Below are positions 9,201-19,700 of a stretch of 64,000 nucleotides of DNA, piece by piece (within the stretch, counting starts at the first letter, position 1; each line of letters opens with the position of its first letter). Below the pieces are notes generated by a model. It did not search any database, had not been told where the DNA came from, and saw only the letters and a program-made list of their open reading frames with translations. The DNA is taken from the NCBI GenBank assembly GCA_963740315.1, contig CAVUDP010000001.1, forward strand, positions 416,001 through 480,000. Direction: 5' to 3'. The position numbers and the translations under genes were made by a program. The DNA comes from an uncultured cyanobacterium. GTDB taxonomy: Bacteria > Cyanobacteriota > Cyanobacteriia > Cyanobacteriales > Nostocaceae.

Positions 9201-10817
9201 ACTGGTAACTGTTTCTATGGCTTTTGCAGCTTCGGGGGTAATTTCTGTAACTAAACGGAAAGGAAATTCTTCTGTAGAAGCAAGTTGAGCGTAATCTGCT
9301 GTAAGAAACACTTTATATATATCAGCTTCTGGAGTCATTTGAGCAGCAAAAGCTAAAACGATCGCTTTCACAAATTTGCGAATGTCAGCAGCTTGTTCTC
9401 CGATTACTTCGCCACCAGTTAAAGGGGTATTGGGTTTTCCTTTTTGACTGACGGTAGCGCTGGGATCTTTGACGCTCAAATGCGTACCTCCAACTACACC
9501 AACTAGCCATTTAGGTGAGGGAATTTTGCGAAAGCCGATTATTTGTTCGGTTAAAGCGGGGTTGGTTTTATCAGCAGAACTTGCTAAAACAAGGGTGGGA
9601 ACCTGTACGGATTCTAATCCTGTTTCACCAAACATCAACGAACTTGTGGGATTGAGAGCAACTATCCGCTTTACTCTTTCGTCGCGCAACTGATAGCTTT
9701 TTTCTGGTAATTCCTGCGCTACGCACTGAAAACCTTGCCCAAAGCTCAAAATTGCCAAGTTTTCTTTACAGCGTTGTTTGAGACTTTCTGGTTGCAAAGG
9801 CGCTCCAGCTATTGATAAAGCCGTACCACCACCGAAGGAATAACCCACCACCATTACTTTATTAGTTGCGAGTTTACCTTTGAATGAATTATCCCCTGTT
9901 TGATTTAGCTTTTCTAATTCATCTATTACAAAACTGATATCTTGAGGACGTTCTAAAAACTCTTGCGGTTTTAAAAGTCTGCTTTTACCTGCGATCGCGG
10001 CGTTGGTATTCGCTTCATTACTACCGGGATGCTCTACAGATGCAACTACAAAACCATAAGATGCTAGGTGTCTTGCTAAATACTGTAACTCGGTGCGAAC
10101 CGAACCCATACCGTGACTAAATACAATAACCGGCTTTTCTACAGTCGCAGTATCTGACCAATATATATCAACGTCAAGGTTTCTATTACGTTTATCGTCG
10201 TTCAAATTTAATGTAAATTCTTCACACTTACCGCTCCCTGCTTGAGTCGCATCAATTGGTAATGAAAGCTGGGGATCTCTACTCGCCAGTTGAGGCGCGA
10301 TCGCACTCATAAACTGCTGAGTTTGCCAAAATGCTGTATTTAAACTTTTGAATACTCTAAATGCTTGATTTAAATCAATTTCTAAACGTTTGCTCGGATA
10401 AGCAGCAATAGAAGAAAGCACAGAAATTCCTTTAGCTTCAGTAGTGCCTAAAACTAAACTTTCTCTGAGGGCTTTTGCTGCCGCGTCGTCTTCTGGGTGT
10501 ATTAATGTAGCTAAATCTTTCAAAACTTTCGCACCAATTTGAGTATTCAGAAAATTACTCATAGTCACAACATTAATCGGAATTTTCGTCCTCAACGCTG
10601 CCACGATCGTACTGCGTTGTTCTTCAGATAAACGATCGGTGTAAGATTTGAAACTGTCGGGAAACTCACCTGTTTTCGCGACATTTTCTAATTCAGAAAT
10701 CGAGATAGACGCAGCAAACGAACCGTAACGTACTACTACGGTTTCCACTGTCTGTAATGGTAAAGTTTCCAATTGTGCAATCATTAACGTACAAAATAAA
10801 CTTACAAATATCTTCAA
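9198..10817 (-). CDS. Alpha/beta hydrolase with N-terminal DUF1400
   Basis: VFSHGMGS, EHPGS, RPQDISF, GYSFGG nucleophile elbow, GGTH. Confidence 0.88.
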   Translation of the reverse strand: MKIFVSLFCTLMIAQLETLPLQTVETVVVRYGSFAASISISELENVAKTGEFPDSFKSYTDRLSEEQRSTIVAALRTKIPINVVTMSNFLNTQIGAKVLKDLATLIHPEDDAAAKALRESLVLGTTEAKGISVLSSIAAYPSKRLEIDLNQAFRVFKSLNTAFWQTQQFMSAIAPQLASRDPQLSLPIDATQAGSGKCEEFTLNLNDDKRNRNLDVDIYWSDTATVEKPVIVFSHGMGSVRTELQYLARHLASYGFVVASVEHPGSNEANTNAAIAGKSRLLKPQEFLERPQDISFVIDELEKLNQTGDNSFKGKLATNKVMVVGYSFGGGTALSIAGAPLQPESLKQRCKENLAILSFGQGFQCVAQELPEKSYQLRDERVKRIVALNPTSSLMFGETGLESVQVPTLVLASSADKTNPALTEQIIGFRKIPSPKWLVGVVGGTHLSVKDPSATVSQKGKPNTPLTGGEVIGEQAADIRKFVKAIVLAFAAQMTPEADIYKVFLTADYAQLASTEEFPFRLVTEITPEAAKAIETVTS

Positions 10818-11015
10818 ACTTCTCCCACTCTATTTCATTTATATTTGTAGCTTTATTAATAGCTGCTTAAGTGAAAATACTGGGAGAATACCTAATTAAT
10901 ATCTAGTTAGAGTTTAGTTTTAGCTTATTAATTCTATGGGTGACAACAAATCAAAATCAATTAATCTAGTTCCATGCCTACAAACGAAGATTCAGGAAAA
11001 AATTCATATTTTTAA

Positions 11016-11069
11016 TTGACATTTAAGCGAATGCTTAATTAATATATTTAAGTAATCGCTTAAATATAT
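11016..11069 (+). promoter_or_regulatory. Promoter overlapped by two TTAAG-N6-CTTAA palindromes (probable ArsR autoregulatory operators)
   Basis: TTGACA at 11016 and TAATAT at 11040; ATTTAAGcgaatgCTTAATT (11021-11040) and ATATATTTAAGtaatcgCTTAAATATAT (11042-11069). Confidence 0.7.
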
Positions 11070-11093
11070 GAGTAGTTCCCTCTCTCAATTGAT

Positions 11094-11423
11094 ATGAGCA
11101 GACAATCCGCGAGTGCAGACGTTTTTCAAGTAATTGCAGATCCAACGCGAAGGGCAATATTGGATTTATTACTCAGAGGCGAACAACCCGTTAAACAGCT
11201 AGCGGAACCCTTTGCGATCAGCTTACCGGCGATTTCTCAGCATTTACAGATATTGTGCGAAGCTGACTTAGTAGAAATGCGTAGATCGGGTCGCCAGCGT
11301 TTGTATAAGCTGAAGCCAGAAAAATTAAAACAAGTATCGAATTGGATTGCGAATTACGAGCAATTTTGGCAAGACAAACTTGATGCCCTTGGCGATTATT
11401 TGGAGGAATCATGTTCGGATTAA
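11094..11423 (+). CDS. ArsR/SmtB-family transcriptional regulator
   Basis: FQVIADPTRRAIL...SLPAISQHLQIL...GRQRLY, and a W...LDAL tail typical of SRPBCC-linked ArsR proteins. Confidence 0.92.
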   Translation: MSRQSASADVFQVIADPTRRAILDLLLRGEQPVKQLAEPFAISLPAISQHLQILCEADLVEMRRSGRQRLYKLKPEKLKQVSNWIANYEQFWQDKLDALGDYLEESCSD

Positions 11424-11878
11424 ACAAAGAAGTATTTTACCCCCATCCACCCGAACGAGTTTGGCTTTTATTAACTAACAGTCGTGCTTTAGCTGCATGG
11501 TTAATGGAAAACGATTTTGAGCCGCGAGTTGGGTGTAAATTTTGTTTTTACAGTCCATCTTTACCGGGAATAGATACGAATATTAAATGCGAAGTAATCG
11601 AAGTTGATCAACCAAAACGGCTTGTTTACACCTGGCAAGACTGCATGATGAGTCAGGCTTCTATCGTTACTTGGACTTTGAAAGCTGTTGAAGGCGGTAC
11701 GCGGTTACGTTTGCAGCATCGAGTTAGAGAAACTGCTTTGACTGGTGCGATGTCAGTGTATTCTCAAGTGCAACCTGGATACACCAAAACATCCGATAGC
11801 TTTATTCTTGCATCTTATTTAAATGGTGGATGGGAAGAAAAACTTTGCAACAAGCTGCCGGAAGTATTGATTGACTAA
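11411..11878 (+). CDS. SRPBCC/AHSA1 domain protein
   Basis: HPPERVW..LT...LAAWLM, PKRLVYTW, GGTRLRLQH, GGW. Confidence 0.88.
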   Translation: MFGLNKEVFYPHPPERVWLLLTNSRALAAWLMENDFEPRVGCKFCFYSPSLPGIDTNIKCEVIEVDQPKRLVYTWQDCMMSQASIVTWTLKAVEGGTRLRLQHRVRETALTGAMSVYSQVQPGYTKTSDSFILASYLNGGWEEKLCNKLPEVLID

Positions 11879-11959
11879 ACCTCTTATAAAAAGCCCCCCT
11901 TTTTTAAGGGGGGTTGGGGGGATCTAAACGCTTGAAATAACAAAACCAGAGATTTATAA

Positions 11960-12289
11960 ATGTCCCAACAAAATTTCATCAACACTAATAACCAGCAGTG
12001 GGAAAAACTCCCCTCTATTCCGGGTACACAAATACTTTCCTTAGCGCAACCAGTTCCCCAAGGTTCAATTCACAAACTACGCATTCTGGCTGGTACGGTA
12101 ATTCCGGTTCATTATCATCCTTGTGACGAGTATGTTTATGTTCTCGAAGGAACTATTGAAACGGGAGGAAAAGAGTGTCAAGCCGGAACATTTTGGTTTA
12201 CTCCTGCTAATACTAAAAACGGTTCCCACAAAGCGATTACGGATGTAGAAATTATGACTATTCGACAGGCGCGAAATGGGTGTATTTGA
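11960..12289 (+). CDS. Cupin domain protein (3' end possibly frameshifted)
   Basis: PVHYHPCDEYVYVLEG...PANTKNGSH; an alternative frame continues EMGVFEKD*. Confidence 0.8.
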   Translation: MSQQNFINTNNQQWEKLPSIPGTQILSLAQPVPQGSIHKLRILAGTVIPVHYHPCDEYVYVLEGTIETGGKECQAGTFWFTPANTKNGSHKAITDVEIMTIRQARNGCI

Positions 12290-12328
12290 AAAGGATTAAT
12301 TATAAAGACAGCAAAACAAAAAGTAAAC

Positions 12329-12739
12329 ATGGTGATAATTATGAGAGATAATCAAGAATTTCTGCAAAATTTATACGATGCCTTTAATAACCGTGAAATT
12401 GAAACAATTATCTCGTTTATGCGCCCGGATGTGAAATGGGCGAACGGAGTGGAAGGCGGTTTTGTTTACGGATGCGACGCAGTGCGCGAATACTGGATCG
12501 ATCAATTTAAGGATATTCAAGTGGAGCTTGAGACGCTAAAATTCGAGACGGACGAAAATAATCGAAACGTTGTTACCGCTCATCAAGTCATCAAAGATTT
12601 ACAAGGCAATTTACTTGCGGATGCAACAATTCAGCAAATCTTTACCATTGAGGATGGTTTGATTAGTCTTTACGAAATTGGGGAAACTGAAACAATCCAA
12701 GAAATGATTCAAAAGGCGACAACCTCCGATCAACAATAG
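12329..12739 (+). CDS. SnoaL-like / NTF2-family protein
   Basis: LYDAFNNRE...DVKWANG.EGG..G..AVREYW. Confidence 0.85.
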   Translation: MVIIMRDNQEFLQNLYDAFNNREIETIISFMRPDVKWANGVEGGFVYGCDAVREYWIDQFKDIQVELETLKFETDENNRNVVTAHQVIKDLQGNLLADATIQQIFTIEDGLISLYEIGETETIQEMIQKATTSDQQ

Positions 12740-12795
12740 TAATCTTTCATCAGGATAGGAGTATACATTTTCTATTCCCTGTTCCCAATTCCCAT

Positions 12796-12987
12796 ATGTC
12801 TAACAAAGAATTTTTAGAATTAGCTGGCGTACCTGCGATCGTGCATCCACCTGCGAATCCCAGCTTACCTGCTCCGCTTATTGTGCTTTGGCATGGTTTC
12901 GGAATACCTAATAGTGAAGAATTGCTTGCGGAAGTTTTGCCTTTGGAAGAATTTGAATTGTTCGTAGTAAGGACTTCAGTCCTTTAA
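12796..12987 (+). pseudogene. Truncated alpha/beta-hydrolase N-terminal fragment
   Basis: LAGVPA...PAPLIVLWHGFG; the ORF runs into a GTAG-type palindrome and stops. Confidence 0.6.
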
Positions 12988-13012
12988 AAACTTAAACTAA
13001 AGGAATTCCTGA

Positions 13013-14032
13013 ATGAAAATTCTCATCATCGGTGGAACTAATTTTATTGGTCCTTCTGTTGTACGTCAGCTTGTAACTATGGGACACGATGTTACCTTAT
13101 TTCATCGCGGAAAGACGAAAGCAGAATTGCCCGACAACGTAAATCATATATATGGCAATCGCTCTCAACTTAACGATTATAAAAGCGAATTTGAGAGACT
13201 TTCACCCGATGTTGTAGTAGATATGATTTGCTACACGGAATCAGATGCACGGATGCTGATAAACGTATTTAAAGGCATTACGCAGCGCGTCGTTGCAATT
13301 AGCAGTATGGATGTATACCGCGCTTATGGAATTATTTTAGGTAAGGAATCTGGTACAGAAGAAGTTCCGCTTACAGAGGATTCAGCTTTACGTTCTTCGC
13401 TTTATCTTCTCAAAGATATGCCCAAAAGACCTTTGAATGCACCACCTGATTACGAAAAGATTGTAGTTGAAATTGTCATGTCAGACTCGGATTTACCTGG
13501 AACAATTGTCAGATTACCGATGGTTTACGGAAAAAATGACCCTTTGAATCGTTTATTTCCCTATTTACAACGTATGGACGATCGCCGCGATGCGATTGTG
13601 TTGTTAGATATTATTGCCAAATGGCGAAGTTCTTACGGTTATGTTGAGAATATCGGGTATGCGATCGCTCTAGCTGTTACCAACGAAAAAGCAAAAGGTA
13701 GAATTTATCATGTTGCTGAACCAGAGATACTTTCTGAAGGGGAGCGAGTTACTAAAATTGGAAAACTTGTAGGATGGAAAGGTAAAGTTGTAAGTTTACC
13801 TAAAGAAAAGTTTCCCGTAGATTGGAATTTACCACTCAACTCAGAACAAGATTGGTTTCTAGATTCCACTCGCATTCGTGAAGAGTTGGGATACAGGGAA
13901 ATTGTACCCATAGAAGAATCGTTGAAGAGAACTATCGAATGGGAAAGAAATCATCCATCCACCCAAATGCAGCAATTAGTAGCACCCTGGTTGTTAGATT
14001 ACGCGATCGAAGATGCCGTTTTAAAACAATGA
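13013..14032 (+). CDS. NAD-dependent epimerase/dehydratase
   Basis: ILIIGGTNFIG Rossmann motif, ISSMDVY, RLPMVYG. Confidence 0.9.
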   Translation: MKILIIGGTNFIGPSVVRQLVTMGHDVTLFHRGKTKAELPDNVNHIYGNRSQLNDYKSEFERLSPDVVVDMICYTESDARMLINVFKGITQRVVAISSMDVYRAYGIILGKESGTEEVPLTEDSALRSSLYLLKDMPKRPLNAPPDYEKIVVEIVMSDSDLPGTIVRLPMVYGKNDPLNRLFPYLQRMDDRRDAIVLLDIIAKWRSSYGYVENIGYAIALAVTNEKAKGRIYHVAEPEILSEGERVTKIGKLVGWKGKVVSLPKEKFPVDWNLPLNSEQDWFLDSTRIREELGYREIVPIEESLKRTIEWERNHPSTQMQQLVAPWLLDYAIEDAVLKQ

Positions 14033-14037
14033 ATGAT

Positions 14038-14065
14038 GTAGAGACGTAGCACTGCTACGTCTCCA
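14038..14065. repeat. GTAG-type REP-like palindrome
   Basis: GTAGAGACGTAGCAcTGCTACGTCTC. Confidence 0.75.
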
Positions 14066-14202
14066 TATCTGTGTTATCCAACGAATAAATTTGAATAGTT
14101 CCCAAATGTATATTGAGTAAAAAATAACCCTAAAGAGTACTTTAAATAAAGATTTATTTCTTGTAGCATTCAAGACATACAATCTATATTGATAACAATC
14201 TC

Positions 14203-14838
14203 ATGTCAGAAACTTACATCTCAAAAGTCAACGTTGACTTATGGAAACAAGAAGTAACGCTTGAATGGACGGGATCGAATGCAGCATCACAAAAAAAAGG
14301 TCCTTTTCACTGTACTCCTGGAAAAGGTATCTCTGGTGTTAATTGCGATAATATTGCAACCAGTCAAAAAGCTGGAACGGATTGCACTCCTAAAGGTGAA
14401 TTCCCAGTGCTTTGGCACGATCGTAAATTTAGCGAGTATCCAGAAGCAGAATGGGTAACACGTTTTCAAGATGCTTCACGGGGAATAGCGCTGCATTACT
14501 ATCCACGGGTTCCCGAATTTCCTAGTTCTCACGGATGCGTTCGTATCAAAAGTTTAGAAGCAGCAAAGCTAATTCATGACAATACGAAACTTCAAAAATC
14601 AATTGTCAAAGTACATGGAGAATTGCGACCGAATTTCAATAACACTTTAAGACTTGGTGCTAAAGGTGAAGATGTGAAAAAGATGCAGCTTCAGCTAAAG
14701 AACAAAGGATATGGACTTTCAGTTGATGGCGATTTTGGTCCGGCAACAGAAGCAAAAGTCAAACAGTTTCAAAAGGATAAAAGGCTCGTATATGACGGAA
14801 TATGCGGTCGTCAAACCTATACAGCGCTTTTTGCGTAG
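14203..14838 (+). CDS. L,D-transpeptidase (YkuD) with C-terminal peptidoglycan-binding domain
   Basis: TPKGEF, IALH, SHGCVR catalytic motif; DGDFGPATEAKVKQFQ...DGICG. Confidence 0.88.
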   Translation: MSETYISKVNVDLWKQEVTLEWTGSNAASQKKGPFHCTPGKGISGVNCDNIATSQKAGTDCTPKGEFPVLWHDRKFSEYPEAEWVTRFQDASRGIALHYYPRVPEFPSSHGCVRIKSLEAAKLIHDNTKLQKSIVKVHGELRPNFNNTLRLGAKGEDVKKMQLQLKNKGYGLSVDGDFGPATEAKVKQFQKDKRLVYDGICGRQTYTALFA

Positions 14839-14933
14839 TCGATTGCAATAAACTAATTTCTGTATTTGAATCGCGACGATCGCTATTTTTCCCGATAAAA
14901 TTATGCTTACCGTCAGCCATTATCGGGGAAAAT

Positions 14934-15392
14934 ATGATTATGAAGAATTTACCATTGGGATGTATTCTTCGCAAAGCCACATCCAAAGACGCTTCATCTA
15001 TTCGCTGGCTGGTATTCACAGCAAAACTCGACCCCACACAATTAAAATGGCAGCAGTTTTGGGTAATTGAATGCGATCGCAAAATAGCAGCTTGCGGACA
15101 GTTACGCAATTTTACACAAGCTCAAGAACTTGGTAGCTTAGTTGTTACTAAAAAGTGGAGAAATCGCGGTTTAGGAAGTTTTCTTACTCAACATTTAATC
15201 GAACAAGCAACTCAACCGCTTTATTTAGAATGTTTGGGTAAAAAATTAATAGATTACTATCAAAAATTTGGTTTTAAAATAATTGATTTTCAAGATTTAC
15301 CTGTATCTCTCAAAAGTAAATTTAAAATATCTCAATTAGGTAAACAATTAATCGGAGTTCCCGTAACTTTTATGAAACATGGAATCAGTTAA
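14934..15392 (+). CDS. GNAT N-acetyltransferase
   Basis: ELGSLVV..WRNRGLGS acetyl-CoA motif, YYQKFGF. Confidence 0.88.
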   Translation: MIMKNLPLGCILRKATSKDASSIRWLVFTAKLDPTQLKWQQFWVIECDRKIAACGQLRNFTQAQELGSLVVTKKWRNRGLGSFLTQHLIEQATQPLYLECLGKKLIDYYQKFGFKIIDFQDLPVSLKSKFKISQLGKQLIGVPVTFMKHGIS

Positions 15393-15413
15393 CAGTTAGC
15401 AGTTAGCAGAATT

Positions 15414-15562
15414 GTAGGGTGTGTTGTCGCGTTACGCAACGCACCATGATAGCTGGCGGTTTAAACCGCGCCTACACCGCTCGTTGTCCACCTGCGTGGA
15501 CTATGGATTATAACCCGTGTAGACGGGTTTTGCCTGTGTAGCCGTGACTTCCAGTCGCCAGG
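15414..15562. repeat. GTAG REP-like palindrome followed by a ~110-bp MITE-like element
   Basis: GTAGGGTGTGTTG..CAACGCACC (also at 59004). CTGGCG...CGCCAG termini with internal hairpins; partial copy at ~59152-59210. Confidence 0.7.
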
Positions 15563-15594
15563 TACTATTTTTAAGGTTGAAACCGATCGAATCC

Positions 15595-16647
15595 CTAACT
15601 AGGCGTTTCAAAACTGCCACTACCTGACAACAAAGTATTAGTAACATTAACAACCAACTGTGCTGCACCAGCAAAAAAATCACGTTCAATATTTGCAGTA
15701 GTATCGCTTGGTTGATGATAGAAAGAACTGCGTAAATTTGCTGTATCGGTAACTAATAAAGCTCCGATTCCTTGCAGCCAAAATGGTGCGTGATCGCTAC
15801 GTAAAACGTCGGGTGTTAAAACGCCTTTGAGGGGAACTGGTAAAGTAAATACTGGTGGTAATTGAGATGATTTTTCTACAGTTTTAAAAGTATTAATTAA
15901 TGGTAAATGTTCCGTGTCACCTACCACGGCTAAAAAATCACCTTTGTCACTGATGGGAGTTATGGGAAAACCAGAGGGAGATTTTTGACAACCTGCTGTA
16001 TAGCAAGCGTAACCCACCATATCCATGACGATTACACCGCGCAAATTTTGCAAACGTGCTGTATTGGTAACAAAAGCCCGACTACCTAACAAACCAGCTT
16101 CTTCTTTGTCGAAAAAAGCTAATTGCAAAGTGCGTGGAGTCGGAGAATTAAACAGTCGAGCAATTTCGAGCAATACAGCCACACCGCTAGCATTATCATC
16201 AGCACCGGGAGAATTTAAAACAGTATCGTAGTGGGCTGCGATTAAAATTGCTCCAGCATTGCGATCGCTTCCCGGTTTTTCAGCAAAGACATTAACACCT
16301 TGTTGAAACTGTTCTGTAGAAGATTCCCAGCCCAGCTTTTTTAATTCATTGATAATATAATTGCGGGTACGTCTGCGTTCGGCAACTGTAAAACGTTGAA
16401 AACTCAACTTTTGCACGTCAGCAAACAATCTTTCTGAATCAACTAGAGGAATATTAGTTTGTTGAGTTTGTTTTAATTGGGTTTGTATTTTCGCTGCTGT
16501 AGATTCTTCTTGAGGTAGTGGAGTTTCTATTTGAATATTGTTGATAACTACAGGTTCTTCAGATTTACTAAAAAAGTTATTCCCAAATAATACCGCAACA
16601 GTAACACCGGCTAATATCAACAGCACAAACCCAATATTTTTTTTCAT
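15595..16647 (-). CDS. M28 family metallopeptidase
   Basis: AAHYDT, PGADDNASG, FDKEEAGLLGS, MDMVG, RSDH, YHQPSD. Confidence 0.92.
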   Translation of the reverse strand: MKKNIGFVLLILAGVTVAVLFGNNFFSKSEEPVVINNIQIETPLPQEESTAAKIQTQLKQTQQTNIPLVDSERLFADVQKLSFQRFTVAERRRTRNYIINELKKLGWESSTEQFQQGVNVFAEKPGSDRNAGAILIAAHYDTVLNSPGADDNASGVAVLLEIARLFNSPTPRTLQLAFFDKEEAGLLGSRAFVTNTARLQNLRGVIVMDMVGYACYTAGCQKSPSGFPITPISDKGDFLAVVGDTEHLPLINTFKTVEKSSQLPPVFTLPVPLKGVLTPDVLRSDHAPFWLQGIGALLVTDTANLRSSFYHQPSDTTANIERDFFAGAAQLVVNVTNTLLSGSGSFETPS

Positions 16648-16659
16648 AAATAGAAATTG

Positions 16660-16757
16660 TTAATAGTTAGTTGTTAGTAGTTAGTGCTTAGTAGTTAGTT
16701 ATTAACTGTTCACTGCTCACTGTTCACTGCTCACTGGTTACTGCTCACTGGTCACTG
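16660..16757. repeat. Heptamer tandem repeats (TCACTGC/TCACTGT and related units)
   Basis: Visible tandem units just downstream of tamB. Confidence 0.8.
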
Positions 16758-19700
16758 TCAAAACCTTCTTTGATATTCAACCACAGCGCGACTATCATCT
16801 TCAAAATTAGTCGAACCGCGAAGACGAATTTTGTCCTTTAAACGATAATTAATACCCCATTGAAATGGGTCATCTGCGGTTAAAATCTTTAAAGCCGAAA
16901 CAGAAATTCGGTTAGTTATATCTACTCCAGCTTCTGCTGCTAATTCCACACTTGAACTGCTTTTTCCTGCTTCTGGATTGTCGGAAATAATGGTGGGAAA
17001 TACTCGCAGTTCGTCTAAACCGAAAGCAGTACCAATTTGGTTAAAAGTCGTTTGTAAATTACCTAAAACAGCGGAACCCGCTATATTAAGCAATCCTATT
17101 GTAGAATTTCCTCCTTCGCTATCAAATCCACCTCCTAATAATGCCACAATTTCGTTTTCCTCTCTAGCGGGACTGCTTTTTAATTCTAGATTTTCATTCA
17201 GTTTACTTGCAGGGCCATTTACATTTGCTTCTACACGAACTGTTTCTAATGCTGCTAAACCTGTAGCATTTGGTTTGCTAAAATCCGAACTTTGAATTAC
17301 ATCTAATACTTTCGCAAATAAACTGATATCTAAAATCGGATCGCGGGGCTGATTTACTCTAAATGTAGCTGTGTTTTTTTCACCACGAGCAAGATTAAAC
17401 TGGGTAGTAAATAAGTTGACTCCCCCTTTGTTTAATTTCAAAGTTCCGACTGGGATAGGATTGCTGAATGTCCCGTTGACGTTTAAGTTACCACTAGCTT
17501 GAATGCTAATAATCGGTGGACGTTCAATTTTGACTTTTTTGCCTAATGTTAATTGTAAATTATCAAATTTTCCTCTAGTATTCTCATCTGGATCGGTTTG
17601 CTTAATTGCTTTTATACGTTTAATTCCGCTACTGTTATCAGCCGCATTACTAACATCACCTTCTGGTAGCAATACTAAACCGTTATTTAAATTCACATTA
17701 CCGCTAACAATCGGATTTAAAGCAGAACCTTTAAGAACTACGTTACCACCAACACCACCTTGATAAATACCTTTAAGATTTATCGCTAATTTATTTAAGG
17801 TAACTGAAAGTGGATTATTAATTTGAATCAATTTGTCATCATATATAGGAATTTCTCCTCGTGCGACGACTTTACCCCGGCTAAAGTCTCCTTGAAGATT
17901 TTCTACAAGTATCGTGTCAAAATCAAACTGCACTTTTCCCGTTACATTTGTCAGATTTTCTGGTAAAGCAAGTGCTGAGAATGTGGCGTTATTAAGAATG
18001 GCATTTCCATTTACTACTGGTTCTTGTAGCGTTCCACGTACTGTTAATTTGACTTCGCCTTCACCTGTTTCAAAGCTTACTTGATCGGTAAACAAATTTA
18101 ATACAGCTAATCCCTCATTTTTGACATTCACATCTAAATTAATTTGATTGCTGTCGGAAGTTACCGAAGCAAAAGGTAATTTATATGGAATGCTTCCATT
18201 AATATCAACGGGTTCGGAATCGTTAACCATGACGTTACTAGCAAACCGCAAGCGTCCGTTGCTATAACCGAAACTTGCTGCGGCGGATTCTATTCCTTTT
18301 TGGTTTAAAGTTCCATTGGTAATTGTCAATTCTCCTTTAGTTAAAGGATTTTCAATACTTCCGGCTATTGCTGCTCTACCGTTGAGATTACCAGTTAACC
18401 CAATCGGTAAATTAACGAAGTTATTAATTACATCTAAAGGAAAATTATTGACTTGTAAAGTACCGTATTGCTCTTTACCACCGATCGCACCGCTAAAGCT
18501 AAGAAGCCTATTTGTTGACTCTATTCGCAAAGGAGTTAATCTTAAAATTCCGTTTTCAAAACTACCTTGAGCAATAACTTTTTTTGCACTATAGCGTTCT
18601 GGATCTTCTTCGGTTCCCCAACTAAAGTCTTCACCTTGAAGATTAAATTGCGTATTTATTCCTTTCGCTTCAGTTGTGTCTAGGCTAACTTCTGCATTGA
18701 AGGTTCCTTTTAAATCTGCTAATTCCGGAAAAGGAGAAGCATCGCGTCGCTGTTGTTTTTGCAATGCTAATAATCTTTTAATTTCTGAATAGCGGCGCAA
18801 TTGAGTTAATAAAGTTCGATTTGGTAAACCTACCGCAGTGGTTTCCAGTTGATTGGCTTTACCATAAGTCGGTTCTTCTAAACCGCGCTGGATATCTTGT
18901 AATTCGTATATTTGTAATGCAGTTAGAACATCTTGGACTTTACCTTGTTTGATGTTCAATTTACCTTGAATTTGCGGTGCGGTAGATGTTTGTGTGACGC
19001 TTCCTGCAACGATATAGCTGCTCTCACCTTTGAAAAATTCACCTCTATTGATAATAAGTTTTTTGCCGTTGTAGTTAAAATTAGCAACTAAACGATCGCC
19101 TTTTAAACGCCCAATTTCTGGATTTTGAACGGCAATATTTCCCGAAGCTGTGGCAAATGTTTTTTGATTAACTCGGACATTTCCGTCGAAGGTTCCGGCA
19201 ATTTTACCAGAGCCAAGATAGCGATTAACTGGTAAAGGTAATTTTAATAATTGTAATGGAAATGCCTTGACATTCAGTGCTAAAATATCTCCTTGAGATT
19301 GACCGGATGCGAATGCTTCACCGCGTTTAACTAGAAAAGATTCGGGTCGATTATTCGCATTTAAATTGACTGCAATTTGGTCTTGTTTACCCGCAACGTT
19401 CAACTGTAAACCGCTTCCTTGCTGCGATTTAACATTTCCAGCTAAAACTGGTTCAAAAGCCACATCGTTAACTACAAAATCTTTTAACGCTAGTTGTCCT
19501 ACTACATTTGGTAAAGGCAGTTTACCAGTAATTCTGCCGTTAAAATCAACTTTCCCAGCTACATTTACAGCATTGGACTCTACTGGTAACTGTTGTAAAT
19601 CAAAATTACTAGCTTGAACGTTCAAATTTAATTGCGTAATTTCCGGTATTCCCGTACCTTTGGCATTGGCTAAAATATCACCGCTAACATTCAAACCCGG

